A stretch of DNA of 46,639 bases from a virus. Taxonomy: Duplodnaviria; Heunggongvirae; Uroviricota; Caudoviricetes. This document shows positions 45,093 to 46,639 of this stretch, one piece after another. Within the stretch, counting starts at the first letter, position 1. Each line of letters starts with the position of its first letter. The notes below the pieces were generated by a model. That model saw nothing but the letters and a program-made list of their open reading frames with translations, did no database searches and had not been told where the DNA came from. The DNA lies in the IMG/VR virus record IMGVR_UViG_2529293141_000012. One strand, 5' to 3'. The position numbers and the translations under genes were made by a program.

Positions 45093-45122
45093 GTTCGAGT
45101 CATTACCAATTGGGTGGATGAT

Positions 45123-45866
45123 ATGGCAACTACATGTTCAGTTATATTGATTTTGGAGTCCTTTGATGTTTATTTCGGAAAAGAGAGTGTGTTTCTGGAG
45201 AGAGGTTCATCTGTACTTGTCGACTCTAGCTCTAGAGATTTTTTCCTGACATATCCTGAAAGAGTGATAGTGGCGGATTTTGGCGCTGAGTTTATTAGTC
45301 GCTATTTGAAAGCTAATAACTTAAGGGATATTTCTGATTGTAGGGAATATCCATCTTATTTAAAAATAAACTTTGCTGACTTCAGTTTAATTAAAGGATT
45401 AATTAGTTGGGCTAATCACTGTGCTGAATACATAGAAATTTTTGATGAGTCTATTGCTTTTACATGTCTCTCTGCATTTTCTTCTGAAAAACAATTTGGA
45501 GTATTTCTGTTTGGATGTTTGAAAAGCACTGGGGCTAAAGTTAAAACGATTATTCATACGGATTTATCTGCACCATGGCGTCTTAAGGATATATCATCAA
45601 GATTATATCTCAGCGAAAGTTTACTAAAGATGAAATTGAAAGAAGAGGGGGTATCATTCAGTAAGATCATACTTGATGAGAGGATGCAAATGGCTGAATA
45701 TTTACTCAGCACTCGTTGTTATCCTATTAGTAAAGTAGCTAAGGTCTGTGGTTATGCCAGTGTCTCATACTTTACTTATGTATTTAGACGTTATTTTGGT
45801 GTTTCTCCAAGTCAATACTCTCAGAGGAGTTCAGAAAGTAAAATTCTTACTCACCAGGGAATCTGA
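45123..45866 (+). CDS. AraC-family transcriptional regulator, AppY/EnvY-like
   Basis: C-terminal AraC HTH (ISKVAKVCGYASVSYFTYVFRRYFGVSPSQY); AT-rich gene; first ATG at 45123, only about 15 bp from the IS1 end (the track begins at GTG 45114). Confidence 0.8.
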   Translation: MATTCSVILILESFDVYFGKESVFLERGSSVLVDSSSRDFFLTYPERVIVADFGAEFISRYLKANNLRDISDCREYPSYLKINFADFSLIKGLISWANHCAEYIEIFDESIAFTCLSAFSSEKQFGVFLFGCLKSTGAKVKTIIHTDLSAPWRLKDISSRLYLSESLLKMKLKEEGVSFSKIILDERMQMAEYLLSTRCYPISKVAKVCGYASVSYFTYVFRRYFGVSPSQYSQRSSESKILTHQGI

Positions 45867-45907
45867 TCATTGTTCTTGCCCCCTTATTTCCAGATAGGGG
45901 GTGTATC

Positions 45908-46360
45908 TTAAGTTAACGTTACCCGCTGACGTCGATATTCTCGCGGAGAGCGATAACCCAGCGCACTGTGCGGATGGTTTTCATTGTAATGTTCGATCGC
46001 CACTGCAAGATTATGCAATGCCGTTCTTACATTCGGTTTCGGCATGAACGCGATGTAGTCTTCCTTCATCGTTTTCACGAACCTTTCTGCCATTCCATTA
46101 CTCTGAGGACTGCTGATTGCCGTTGTGCAGGGCTCCAGATTCAACTCTCTGGCGAACTGCCGTGTTTCATGCGCTCTATACGCTGAACCGTTATCTGTCA
46201 GCCACTGGATGGACTGTTCCGGTACTTTATCGCCAAAGCGTTTTTCTATCGCTCCTAACATAACATCCTGCACTGTCGCTTTATCGTAACCTCCCGTGCT
46301 TGCGGCCCAGTCTATGGCTTCACGATCGCAACAGTCCAGGGCGAACGTAACACGCAGTTT
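45908..46360 (-). pseudogene. IS3-family (IS2-like) transposase OrfB, C-terminal fragment interrupted by another IS
   Basis: rve integrase-core C-terminus …[17 protein letters not shown]; reading frame continues upstream to 46360 without a start and is cut by the end of a second element. Confidence 0.7.
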
Positions 46361-46639
46361 TGAATCGCCACGGGTTTAACAGACACCTCAGAGTCATTTA
46401 AGATGGCTTAAAGAGAGGTGCCCATGAGCGGTAAGCGTTATCCCGAAGAGTTTAAAACTGAAGCAGTCAAACAGGTTATTGATCGCGGTTATTCTGTTGC
46501 CAGCGTTGCAACACGTCTCGATATCACCACCCACAGCCTTTATGCCTGGATAAAGAAGTACGGTCCGGATTACTCCACTTTTTCATCAAGCCAATCCGCC
46601 CACCACTGCATCATTTCTCTGCGCTTATCGAGATACTGA
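46361..46639 (+). mobile_element. Left end of an IS3-family element (continues beyond the window)
   Basis: TGA…-type terminal sequence TGAATCGCCACGGGTTTAACAGACAC followed by OrfA; oriented opposite to the truncated OrfB. Confidence 0.55.
46418..46639 (+). CDS. IS3-family transposase OrfA (HTH)
   Basis: MPMSGKRYPEEFKTEAVKQVIDRGYSVASVATRLDITTHSLYAWIKKY… typical OrfA HTH. Confidence 0.7.
   Translation: MPMSGKRYPEEFKTEAVKQVIDRGYSVASVATRLDITTHSLYAWIKKYGPDYSTFSSSQSAHHCIISLRLSRY

Larger units (their letters stand above)
44340..45107 (+). mobile_element. IS1 insertion sequence (768 bp, complete)
   Basis: Terminal inverted repeats GGTGATGCTGCCAACTTACTGAT… / …AGTCATTACC; insA and insB ORFs; no matching 9-bp flanking duplication. 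Confidence 0.95.

Noticed and set aside
43591-46639. attR core to the right of tfa
   Set aside because: No second GCTTTTTTATACTAA was seen in this region by eye; the right prophage boundary is therefore not called.

Overview
This window is an Escherichia-type chromosomal segment carrying a lambda-like prophage of about 42 kb, integrated at the lambda attachment site beside ybhC. The attL core GCTTTTTTATACTAA sits at 1331-1345 and attR is not inside the window. Gene order is the classic prophage permutation: int-xis, early-left recombination genes (exo, bet, short gam), an immunity region (cI-like repressor and cro of non-lambda specificity with two extra genes where lambda has rexAB), replication genes O (with ori iterons) and P, a truncated ren, a nin/rusA/Q block resembling DLP12 or phage 82, a prophage porin, lysis genes (dual-start holin, SAR-type lysozyme, Rz/Rz1), bor, cos, then the head and tail genes nu1 through J, lom, stf and tfa, almost all recognisably lambda. 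To the right of tfa lie an AT-rich ORF-free stretch, a complete IS1 without target-site duplication, an AppY/EnvY-like AraC regulator, and nested IS3-family transposase fragments. The best candidates for an undescribed system are (1) the two-gene module in the rex position (7501-8219), (2) a HEPN-domain protein plus overlapping partner in the ren-nin gap (12889-13685), and (3) an oppositely oriented membrane-protein moron next to xis (3135-3737). The major capsid gene E appears frameshifted, so the prophage may be defective unless this is a sequencing error. Coordinates taken from the ORF track are exact; boundaries I derived by reading the sequence (hairpins, att, cos, internal starts) may be off by 1-2 nt. 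Identifications rest on recalled protein sequences and motifs visible in the translations; no database search was run.
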